Source: a virus
Length of the DNA stretch: 54,201 nucleotides
IMG/VR virus record: IMGVR_UViG_3300049442_000069
Reading direction: 5' to 3' (one strand)
Shown: positions 17,601 through 25,110 of the stretch, piece by piece
Numbering within the stretch: position 1 is the first letter of the stretch
How the letters are laid out: each line of letters opens with the position of its first letter
The notes under the pieces: model-generated
Told to the model about the DNA's origin: nothing
Databases searched by the model: none
What the model saw: only the letters and a program-made list of their open reading frames with translations
Program-made: the position numbers and the translations under genes

Positions 17601-19060
17601 GGTATTTCCGCAGCGCACATGGCGACGGAACTCAGCTTCCCTATTCCGCTTCCACCAGCATTGCCGTATCCCGCGCTGAACCAGTAACGAGTTCCGACCA
17701 CTAATCCGGTGACGATGGCAACCAGTCCTATCGGGCAAGGCAAATTAGCGATGGCAGAACCCGACAAAGCAAGTCCACCCGCAACGGTTCCGGCGACCGA
17801 CGATCCCGGATTAGGTTTACTTCCTGTTCCCCACCGGAGCTGCGCTGATGCGCCCTGGTTCACCGAGTTGTTACTCATGTAACCAGACAAGCTGAACATG
17901 ACCTTTCCACTGAAACTCGGAGTGAGGTAGTCGCCCAATCCGGTCATTACTTCGCCCTGGGTTGTTCCGGCCAGTGTTGACTGTGCGGTCTGGAAAAAAG
18001 CGAATGTTCCAGTCGGTCCTACTTCGCCCTGAATTCCCTGCGCTCCCTGAAGTCCCTGCGGCCCCGCTGGGCCTGCTGGTCCCTGGATTCCCTGTGCGCC
18101 GGTTGCTCCGGTCGCTCCAGTGTTTCCTTTTGCTCCGGTCGCTCCTGCTGGTCCGGTTGGTCCTGTCGGGCCAGTTGGCCCGGGGATGCCCTGAATTCCC
18201 TGAGATCCTGCTGTTCCCTGGTCTCCTTTTGCTCCTTGGGGACCAGTCAGTCCCGTGGCTCCGGTTTGTCCTACTAAACCGGGATCTCCCTTCACGCCCT
18301 GTGGACCTGTGGCTCCAGCCGGGCCTTGTGCGCCTGTCGCGCCGGGAGTGCCGGGTGCGCCTGCCGGTCCCTGGATCGGGCCAACATCACTCCATTGCCC
18401 GGGCAAACCCCAAACCCAGCCGTGGCTCGTATCCAGAGTGATCCACAAATCTCCCGGAGTTGCCGAGGCCGGGAGGCTGGCGTGCGTTGCAACCGATCCC
18501 TTGATGACGACACTCGTTCCGTCAGCTCCCTTCGGACCTGTCGGGCCTGCCGCGCCTTGAATTCCCTGTGGACCTGGTGCGCCCTGTGCGCCCTGGGTTC
18601 CAGTTGCTCCTGTTGCCCCGGGGTTACCTTGTGGCCCCTGAGATCCGACATCTCCTTTGTTTCCTTGCGGCCCCTGCGCTCCGGTTGCTCCCGGCGCACC
18701 GGCAGCTCCTGTTGCGCCAGTTGCTCCAGTGGCTCCAGGAGGACCAGTTGGGCCGGGGATAGTTGAATCTGCTCCGGCGGCTCCCGGCGGCCCTTGTGGT
18801 CCCGTGGCTCCGGGAACACCCTGCGGTCCCTGCGCTCCAGTCGCTCCCTGCGGCCCGGTTCCTGGCGGTCCTTGTGGACCCGTTGGGCCAGTTGGACCTG
18901 CTGGACCTTCCGGTCCTACAGCGGCTGGAATCTGAATCTGGACAGGCGAACCATCGCCAGCGTCGAATACCTGAACACCACCGAATGGTGGTGTCAGCGG
19001 CTCAATCACCTCGACCTGAAGGAGAGATGGAGCTGTTTGTAAATCGTCCAGTGTAGTCAC
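17597..19060 (-). CDS. Collagen-like (G-X-Y repeat) tail fibre with the shared C-terminal module (C1q/BclA-like architecture)
   Basis: Track ORF of 487 aa. Two long G-X-Y blocks ([19 protein letters not shown]... and [19 protein letters not shown]...) are separated by a non-collagen insert ([21 protein letters not shown]). The C-terminal ~120 aa are homologous to the other two fibre C-termini. Confidence 0.85.
   Translation of the reverse strand: MTTLDDLQTAPSLLQVEVIEPLTPPFGGVQVFDAGDGSPVQIQIPAAVGPEGPAGPTGPTGPQGPPGTGPQGATGAQGPQGVPGATGPQGPPGAAGADSTIPGPTGPPGATGATGATGAAGAPGATGAQGPQGNKGDVGSQGPQGNPGATGATGTQGAQGAPGPQGIQGAAGPTGPKGADGTSVVIKGSVATHASLPASATPGDLWITLDTSHGWVWGLPGQWSDVGPIQGPAGAPGTPGATGAQGPAGATGPQGVKGDPGLVGQTGATGLTGPQGAKGDQGTAGSQGIQGIPGPTGPTGPTGPAGATGAKGNTGATGATGAQGIQGPAGPAGPQGLQGAQGIQGEVGPTGTFAFFQTAQSTLAGTTQGEVMTGLGDYLTPSFSGKVMFSLSGYMSNNSVNQGASAQLRWGTGSKPNPGSSVAGTVAGGLALSGSAIANLPCPIGLVAIVTGLVVGTRYWFSAGYGNAGGSGIGKLSSVAMCAAEIP
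18020..18919 (-). repeat. Nucleotide-level triplet-periodic repeats encoding the two G-X-Y blocks
   Basis: Runs of GGN-CCN/ACN/GCN codons. They generate many spurious overlapping ORFs on both strands in the track (17962..18935). Confidence 0.8.
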
Positions 19061-19485
19061 GATGGAAGGGAAAAAATTGGAGGTGCTTCGACGAGTTCAG
19101 GCGGCTCATCGTCACTTGGAAGGTTGGGGATCAATGGATCAATGCCTGCCTTGGTAACAGGATCTTTGATCTGGACCTTGCCTGCCAGGAAAGGCGGAAA
19201 GCGGTAGTCAACAATGCCGTGATGGTCAACATGCTCCCAGATCCAGTCCCATGATTCGACACCGAGTTTGAACAGAGCAGTCTCACCTCTTGAAAGGGAC
19301 AAGGTTGTGACTCCATGAGCTGATTCTGTTATGGCAGCACCTAGAAAAATGTTGAGGGATTGCGCCCTGCACTGCCAGCCAGCCAGGTTGACTCCAATAC
19401 CATCCTTGTCTTTCCATTTAAGGGTAACCGGCCCCCAGTCGCAGCCGCGCCAGATTGTTGGTAGATCGAGTTTGGCTGGTTTCAT
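19057..19485 (-). CDS. Hypothetical small tail/fibre-associated protein
   Basis: Track ORF of 142 aa with ATGA overlaps on both sides. Confidence 0.6.
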   Translation of the reverse strand: MKPAKLDLPTIWRGCDWGPVTLKWKDKDGIGVNLAGWQCRAQSLNIFLGAAITESAHGVTTLSLSRGETALFKLGVESWDWIWEHVDHHGIVDYRFPPFLAGKVQIKDPVTKAGIDPLIPNLPSDDEPPELVEAPPIFSLPS

Positions 19486-21686
19486 TCTGTTGGAGGTTCT
19501 GGGCCGGGCATCACGCCGACTAACAGGCCGCGTTTAAGAAGTTCCTTTTTGACCTTATCCTCTGCTGCTTCGCGCAGTATTCCGGCAATGGTCAGTCCGA
19601 ATTTTGTGGCGAGGTAGCTCTCGGCAGCCTTTCGGTCTGTGTCGCTAAGGACATGATCGAAATACAGGGTTTCGTGAATCCCGCCAACGCCCCATTGCTG
19701 TGCGGTTCCGTAATCACTCCCAATCCCCGTGAAATCACAATTCTGCGATGATCCTGCTCCAGCCGGTGTGAGGGGAGTTATCGCTACTCCATCCCTCCAA
19801 CACTTTATGCTGCTGTCTCCTGAGTAGATGTGCCAGTTTCCCCAATCCCCAAGGTTGGCACTGTCATACCTGTTGTTATTTGCCTGGATCAGAATGCCTA
19901 TGGCAGCATGAATTCGCAATGCCGTGCCGTTGAAGCCAGCCGTTCCGGTCAGAGCATATAGCTGTGAACCAGTGAACATCAGTGAGATAATTGTCCAGGG
20001 TTGACCGGCGGCAGCAGGAATTGGAGTAGTCAGACCCAGGGCGCGGGGGCCACCATCAAAACTAACGAACGGGTATCCGTTCAGGCCTACACCGTAAGTC
20101 CCCTGATTGGCCGGTGTTGGCTGGGTCAAGTGATTTTTCATGCCACTACTCTCAGGCCAGGTGGCTACCAGACCACTGACTGGACTTATCGACTCAGGCT
20201 TCCACCATCCCTTCAGTCCTGGAATGTCCAGTGGTGAAGGATCGTTCGGCTTGACGACTTTAATCGAGAAAGGTGAATGGTTGCTTGCCTGCCATCCTGT
20301 TGGTGTCAGGGTTGCCCCTACTCCTCCGGCATAACCATTAGTGGTGTCCAGTGGAAACAGAATCCCGTCAGTGCCCGGAAATTCAAAGGAGATGAAATAG
20401 TCCCGTCCAGCAATCAGGAAATACGGATTGGGGAAATTGAAGTTAAAGACATGAGCGGCGTTCTTGGGCAGTGGAGTCGTGTCTATGGGAGTGGCTGTAG
20501 CCAGTAGTGTTCCAGGAATCGCCCCGTTGCGGGTATAAAGTTTGGAGTAAGCATTGCCGGTCGCTCCACTGAACAGATATGGATATTTGTAAACAGCAGT
20601 CGCCAGCCTGCCACCAGTGGACACAAAGGACATCGCCATCCCCTGACGCGAGTAGGTGCCAAACATGTTATCGTTGGTGTTGTAGAGATCGTATTCCTTG
20701 TCCAACACGGCAATGCCAGCGTAATTACCTGCTGGCGGCACCGGCAGGGCATACTTGGTTCCCAGCCATTCCGATACCTGCATTCTCTCAAGATCGGTGA
20801 GAATCCTGTTGTAGTGCAGCACCGCAGCCAGCCAGCCCTGGGTAGTTCCGTAGCTGTAGCCATAGGATGATCCCAGTCCACCGTATGGACTCCCGTCACC
20901 GTTGGCACCTGCTACCGAAACTGCCAATGGTTGCCCGTTCCCGAATAACTTGTCGGGATAAACTGCTGTAGCGATGCACCACACAGCAGGCTGGAAAATA
21001 TCGCCCGTGTAATAAAGGTTGTAGCCATCTGTCCGTTGCCTCAGACTGGTTGGCCCACTTGGGCTGTATAGCATCGGGCCAAGACCGCCGTAGTCTCTTG
21101 GGGTAATCCCGGCCATCTGGTAATAGATATTATTCCTCATCACGGAGAAGCTGGTGCATGGCCCTGCCGGGATGGTGTCAGTCAGGTTCATCCAGTTGCC
21201 ACCGCCATAAAGGACGGCTGGTTTGTTCACCAGCATCTGCTCGGGCACATCTTCCAGTGTTATGACGTTATCAGGCAGCGTGTTGATGATGTCCTGATCT
21301 TCCGGCGTGGCATGGCCTTCAGCTCTACGCAGCAGGGCTTCTTTGACTCTCTCTAGCTGGTTTGAGTAATAAAGTGGGCCAACGGTGGATGTTCCGTTGT
21401 TCTTAGCCGAACTCTTGTCCGGCCATGTGTTTGCCGGTTGTCCATCGGTCAATCCGGTTATGGCGTCTGCTTCCCACCACCCTACCAGACCGGCTACCTG
21501 CGTGGGATCAAACGGCGGAGGGCCAACCGGCCCCTGGGAAGGCATTCCCAGCCAGCGGTCGGGAAGCCACCTGTCGCCTGTCCGGTGAAAGCCGTAGCTG
21601 CGATCGAGGATTTCCCGATCGCCGCCGACTAAGCCTCTGTCACCATTGCGTCTCATTAGGCATTTGTAGTTATCGACCAGCACCAC
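19482..21686 (-). CDS. Large fibre/spike-like protein with two LamG/concanavalin-like lectin-type modules
   Basis: Track ORF of 734 aa. Two copies of the pattern typical of LamG-domain proteins: GLVGWWEADAITGLTDGQPANTWPDKSSAKNNG and GLKGWWKPESISPVSGLVATWPESSGMKNHL...GLNGYPFVSFDG. Confidence 0.6.
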   Translation of the reverse strand: MVLVDNYKCLMRRNGDRGLVGGDREILDRSYGFHRTGDRWLPDRWLGMPSQGPVGPPPFDPTQVAGLVGWWEADAITGLTDGQPANTWPDKSSAKNNGTSTVGPLYYSNQLERVKEALLRRAEGHATPEDQDIINTLPDNVITLEDVPEQMLVNKPAVLYGGGNWMNLTDTIPAGPCTSFSVMRNNIYYQMAGITPRDYGGLGPMLYSPSGPTSLRQRTDGYNLYYTGDIFQPAVWCIATAVYPDKLFGNGQPLAVSVAGANGDGSPYGGLGSSYGYSYGTTQGWLAAVLHYNRILTDLERMQVSEWLGTKYALPVPPAGNYAGIAVLDKEYDLYNTNDNMFGTYSRQGMAMSFVSTGGRLATAVYKYPYLFSGATGNAYSKLYTRNGAIPGTLLATATPIDTTPLPKNAAHVFNFNFPNPYFLIAGRDYFISFEFPGTDGILFPLDTTNGYAGGVGATLTPTGWQASNHSPFSIKVVKPNDPSPLDIPGLKGWWKPESISPVSGLVATWPESSGMKNHLTQPTPANQGTYGVGLNGYPFVSFDGGPRALGLTTPIPAAAGQPWTIISLMFTGSQLYALTGTAGFNGTALRIHAAIGILIQANNNRYDSANLGDWGNWHIYSGDSSIKCWRDGVAITPLTPAGAGSSQNCDFTGIGSDYGTAQQWGVGGIHETLYFDHVLSDTDRKAAESYLATKFGLTIAGILREAAEDKVKKELLKRGLLVGVMPGPEPPTE

Positions 21687-21718
21687 GATGGGCGTAATGC
21701 TGGCGCATAACTACACTC

Positions 21719-22930
21719 TTATGAGTAGCAACTTGTGTGCGGCACTCGGAGCGGTGGGCAGTTCAAGTGAGCGATCGCGTAGCCCAGGTAGGTTTGGCCC
21801 GGCTGAGACGCACTCGCATAGAGCGCATCGAAGAAGCCGAGTTCACCGCGCGGGTTACAAGCCTTGTCGGTGATGACAAGGAACTGGAACTCGCCCATGT
21901 GGGAAGCGTAATCGAACTTGATACCTCCGCCCGGGGCGGTGCTTGGTCGCTCCATCAGACAGGTGTAAACCGTGGGGATGAAGACGAAGCTGATGCCGTA
22001 TGGCGCATAAATATACGCCGGGTTAATCAGCCGTTTCCAGCCTTTGGTGGTTGTCTGTGGCGCGAGATACGGGTAAACCCTGGTCCCGCCTGAGTCGTAA
22101 CGCGGCGGGAATTTCAGCCAGACATGCTTAAAGCCGTTGTAGCTATAAGGCGTGCCCAGTGTGTTGATGAGTTTATCCGGATCAGCATACCGGAAATCCA
22201 TCCGCAACTCAGGATCTTGACGGATAAGATCGCGCGACGTAACCGCATCGGTGAACAGCGCGAAGATCGGTTGATCGTTCGCACCCTTTCCGATTGCGCC
22301 TGCCGTGGCGACCGCGCCGTCAAGGACGAGCTGCGTGTAGATTTGCTCAAGCGTCCCCTGGACCAGACGACTGGTTGGCGTATTGCCCAGCGTCTGCGGC
22401 GTGAACCGCGTAGCTGCATCGGCAATAGCTCCAGATCCGGTCTCTACGATGTGGTGACCGGCCAGACTGAGATACTCATTCTGGTAACGGTTGCTCCATA
22501 CCCACTCGGTTACGGTCTCAAGCTGATCCATCACGTTGCTCAAGACCTGCGCGATCATAAAATCGTTTTGCAGATCGTTGATGCAGAAGTTCTCCGTCTG
22601 GATATTTCTGCGTGCCATCGTGAATGGCGTCAGCGTTTGACCGAACTTCAGGATTTCGGGTGTAGGAAGACAGTTATTGTTGTCAATGACCGCTCCCTCG
22701 ACTCCACTGGTGCTTGAAGGCACCGCAGGAATCCACTCTGATCCGTTTTCGTGGTCTGTAAGCGTCCGTTCCAGCATCATCGAGTTGATGGTGAAACCCA
22801 TGCCGGTGGGCCATTCGCCCTTTTCGACATAAGCAACCCACGGATCGTTGATGCTGATCCGATTATACAAACGTGGCGACACTTGCCCTGTGAGAGCGTA
22901 GAAAGCGTTTTTGATGTTTTCGCAAGCCAT
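21719..22930 (-). CDS. Major capsid protein candidate
   Basis: Track ORF 21719..22993. The ATG at 22930 (MACENIKNAF) is preferred because AAAGGA lies 7 nt upstream. An alternative ATG is at 22993. The call rests on position after the portal and scaffold-like genes, the ~400 aa size and the long upstream leader. Confidence 0.55.
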   Translation of the reverse strand: MACENIKNAFYALTGQVSPRLYNRISINDPWVAYVEKGEWPTGMGFTINSMMLERTLTDHENGSEWIPAVPSSTSGVEGAVIDNNNCLPTPEILKFGQTLTPFTMARRNIQTENFCINDLQNDFMIAQVLSNVMDQLETVTEWVWSNRYQNEYLSLAGHHIVETGSGAIADAATRFTPQTLGNTPTSRLVQGTLEQIYTQLVLDGAVATAGAIGKGANDQPIFALFTDAVTSRDLIRQDPELRMDFRYADPDKLINTLGTPYSYNGFKHVWLKFPPRYDSGGTRVYPYLAPQTTTKGWKRLINPAYIYAPYGISFVFIPTVYTCLMERPSTAPGGGIKFDYASHMGEFQFLVITDKACNPRGELGFFDALYASASQPGQTYLGYAIAHLNCPPLRVPHTSCYS

Positions 22931-22971
22931 TAAAAAGTCCTTTCTCTCAAACAGTTGAGCTGGATGATGTC

Positions 22972-22990
22972 CCTCCTCCAAAGGAGGAGG
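22972..22990 (-). promoter_or_regulatory. Perfect 8-bp GC-rich hairpin (CCTCCTCC-TTT-GGAGGAGG on the mRNA strand) 42 nt upstream of the capsid ATG
   Basis: Read directly: plus strand CCTCCTCC AAA GGAGGAGG. It pairs an SD-like with an anti-SD-like sequence. Confidence 0.5.
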
Positions 22991-23187
22991 CATTCAGCTT
23001 TTTCCGGGTGGCTGGCTTCCGGTATTCAGCCGTCTGTTTGAGAACGGGACTATTTCTCGACCGCGTTACGCCCTGCGGTGGATGAGGCCGCTAATTGTCA
23101 TCCGTAGGACGTTCTACTACCCCGGGGTAACGGGGTCAACATGATTTTTCTTTACAACTGAAAGAAAACGGCGCACGAATCACGTTT

Positions 23188-23367
23188 ATGGACAAAGCAA
23201 CTCATCACACGACCGGACAGACCAAGGAAGGCGAGGAATACAAGGACTCTCTCGGCCAGGCGAACCCCGCGCAGGATCTTCAGAAGAAAACCATCACTGA
23301 AGTAGGCGAGATCAACAAAAAAGCCGAGAAGGATGCCGAAAAAGGGCCAGAACCCAAAAAGAATTAA
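23188..23367 (+). CDS. Possible opposite-strand small charged protein (59 aa) inside the capsid-gene leader
   Basis: Hand translation: MDKATHHTTGQTKEGEEYKDSLGQANPAQDLQKKTITEVGEINKKAEKDAEKGPEPKKN. One residue below the track cutoff. No clear SD or promoter. Confidence 0.25.
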   Translation: MDKATHHTTGQTKEGEEYKDSLGQANPAQDLQKKTITEVGEINKKAEKDAEKGPEPKKN

Positions 23368-23573
23368 GCGTCTTCTCCGGAGGAAGAAGCGGAAAGTTCA
23401 CAAGAAACCTGTGGGGGCGGGATACTGACGTCAGTCGGTATCAATGTCGCCACTGTCTTCCAATAATCGAGTCTTTTACGCAACACCGGGGCACACATGG
23501 TCACTTCTCCGTCCCGGACAACGAACGCGGCACAGATTTGGTTCTTCTGAACCATGTAAAGGCCGTCACTCAT
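23364..23573 (-). CDS. Hypothetical small protein
   Basis: Track ORF of 69 aa with an ATGA overlap to the scaffold-like gene. Confidence 0.55.
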   Translation of the reverse strand: MSDGLYMVQKNQICAAFVVRDGEVTMCAPVLRKRLDYWKTVATLIPTDVSIPPPQVSCELSASSSGEDA

Positions 23574-24799
23574 CGGTTTCGGGCCTGTGACTTGTGAAAT
23601 TCCCTCAAAAACACATCCGCGAAAGGCTTTTTCAGGTCGTCCTTCATCTGTGACTCGGCGGTGAAGGAACTTCCCGCGCTTTCTGACAGGTTTGGCTCTC
23701 CACCGAGCCTGTCATTGATGATTTTTTGGAGATCTCCCACCTTTTTCTGAGCGGTTAGGAACAATTTCCGGTAAGTGTCTGCTGCCGGAGCCAAAAGGCA
23801 AGCCAAAGCGACACGATCCAGGTCAGTGTTCTCCAGAAACAGGCTCCTTCCCTGCGCGATTAGCTGGTCACTCTGGTCATTCCACCATTTTCCCTCGGGA
23901 TCATTGGTCCTTTGGAACACTTCCACCTTCGCTTCATCCCGCAGACGCGCCACGGCGCGTTCAAACATGTTGCCCATCTCCTGCCGCTGGGCGGTCATCT
24001 CCTGATACTGCCTCTGGTTCTCACGGTCCCTGATCTTTTCCAGTGTTTTCGGGGCATCAGCCACAGCCCTTCTCCGGAGATCCTCGTAACGTCGGTAGGA
24101 CCGGAGCGCGTCATGCGCTTCCATCTTGGCTGACTCGGGCATTCCCTCAAAAAGCTGGTCGAGGCCTTCAAACTGGGCCTTCCCTGAGAGCGACATCACC
24201 TTGGCCAGCTCCTGGGGATCTCCCCCGGAGTCGCGCACGATCCGCGCGGCCTCATTCCAACTCTGCGTCAGAGGCTGAATGATGTTCTGATGAAATTCCG
24301 CAGACTGCTCGACGCCGACGCGGGAAAGCATTTCCGCCATGGCCTGGTTATTCTTTTCCAGCCACTGCATCCGGGCCTGTTCCTGCGGGTCGCGCTGCGG
24401 CTGCGCCCGTAGAGCATCGGCTTCCGCTTTGACCTTCTTATACGCCTCACGCAAGCCTTTGATGCGGCTCTGCTTCTGCTCCGGGGGAAGGTCATCCGGG
24501 AACTCCGCGTCAGGCTCCGGTGCGCCCGGTGCCGGGGTAGCGTCCGGCTTGAGCGCGTCCTGAAGAAAGGAAGGAATCTTCAGTTCATCCGGAGCCTTCG
24601 GCGGGGCGTCAGGAGGAGGCATTCCTGGAATTGGAGCGGTAGGAACTTCCGGAGCTGCCGGAGCTGCCGTCTTTGCCCTGACATCCGGATAAGCAGTGTC
24701 GAATGCTCGCTGGACAGCATCCATGCCCGGGGAATTATCAACTCCGGGAGGCGGCTGGGTGATTGTCGGTGTTGGTGGGACGATGACTGGTTCTGCCAT
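23570..24799 (-). CDS. Scaffolding-protein candidate
   Basis: Track ORF of 409 aa. Pro-rich N-terminus, then long charged helical/coiled-coil-looking sequence. Lies between the portal-like and capsid-like genes. Confidence 0.5.
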   Translation of the reverse strand: MAEPVIVPPTPTITQPPPGVDNSPGMDAVQRAFDTAYPDVRAKTAAPAAPEVPTAPIPGMPPPDAPPKAPDELKIPSFLQDALKPDATPAPGAPEPDAEFPDDLPPEQKQSRIKGLREAYKKVKAEADALRAQPQRDPQEQARMQWLEKNNQAMAEMLSRVGVEQSAEFHQNIIQPLTQSWNEAARIVRDSGGDPQELAKVMSLSGKAQFEGLDQLFEGMPESAKMEAHDALRSYRRYEDLRRRAVADAPKTLEKIRDRENQRQYQEMTAQRQEMGNMFERAVARLRDEAKVEVFQRTNDPEGKWWNDQSDQLIAQGRSLFLENTDLDRVALACLLAPAADTYRKLFLTAQKKVGDLQKIINDRLGGEPNLSESAGSSFTAESQMKDDLKKPFADVFLREFHKSQARNR

Positions 24800-24807
24800 A
24801 ACTTTGG

Positions 24808-25110
24808 TTACGTTTTCTGTTCGTTTTGTTCCGGTTCGTAAGTTGGATCTCCTACTGCTTCAGCCGACCGCAGAGGCGTGGCGAGGAGACGAAGTGTGTC
24901 GCCGTATTTGCTATAACCCCGGGTAAGCCCGAGTTCAATGGCTGCCCGTGTTGGTGAGACATCCTCGTCCTTGTCTCCCCTGATGGCGTAACGCGCGGGG
25001 TGATTGTCCTCCATGAGCCGGATAACGGCTTGCAGGATTCCATTGGTTTGCAGTTCCCTGGCCCACTGGCTGGCCAGGAATTTGTGTTTCCGAAATTCTT
25101 CAATGGTCAC
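24808..25110 (-). CDS. Hypothetical protein
   Basis: Track ORF of 100 aa with an ATGA overlap to the portal-like gene. Confidence 0.55.
   Translation of the reverse strand: MTIEEFRKHKFLASQWARELQTNGILQAVIRLMEDNHPARYAIRGDKDEDVSPTRAAIELGLTRGYSKYGDTLRLLATPLRSAEAVGDPTYEPEQNEQKT

Noticed and set aside
17962-18935. Cluster of ORFs on both strands (for example 17962..18441, 18292..18819, 18326..18766, 18657..18935).
   Set aside because: They are alternative-frame readings of the triplet-periodic collagen (G-X-Y) coding repeats of 17597..19060.
12228-19060. Diversity-generating retroelement targeting the three related fibre C-terminal domains.
   Set aside because: No reverse transcriptase ORF (no YxDD-type motif seen) and no template-repeat/variable-repeat nucleotide pair were found. 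The three modules are diverged paralogs at the protein level.
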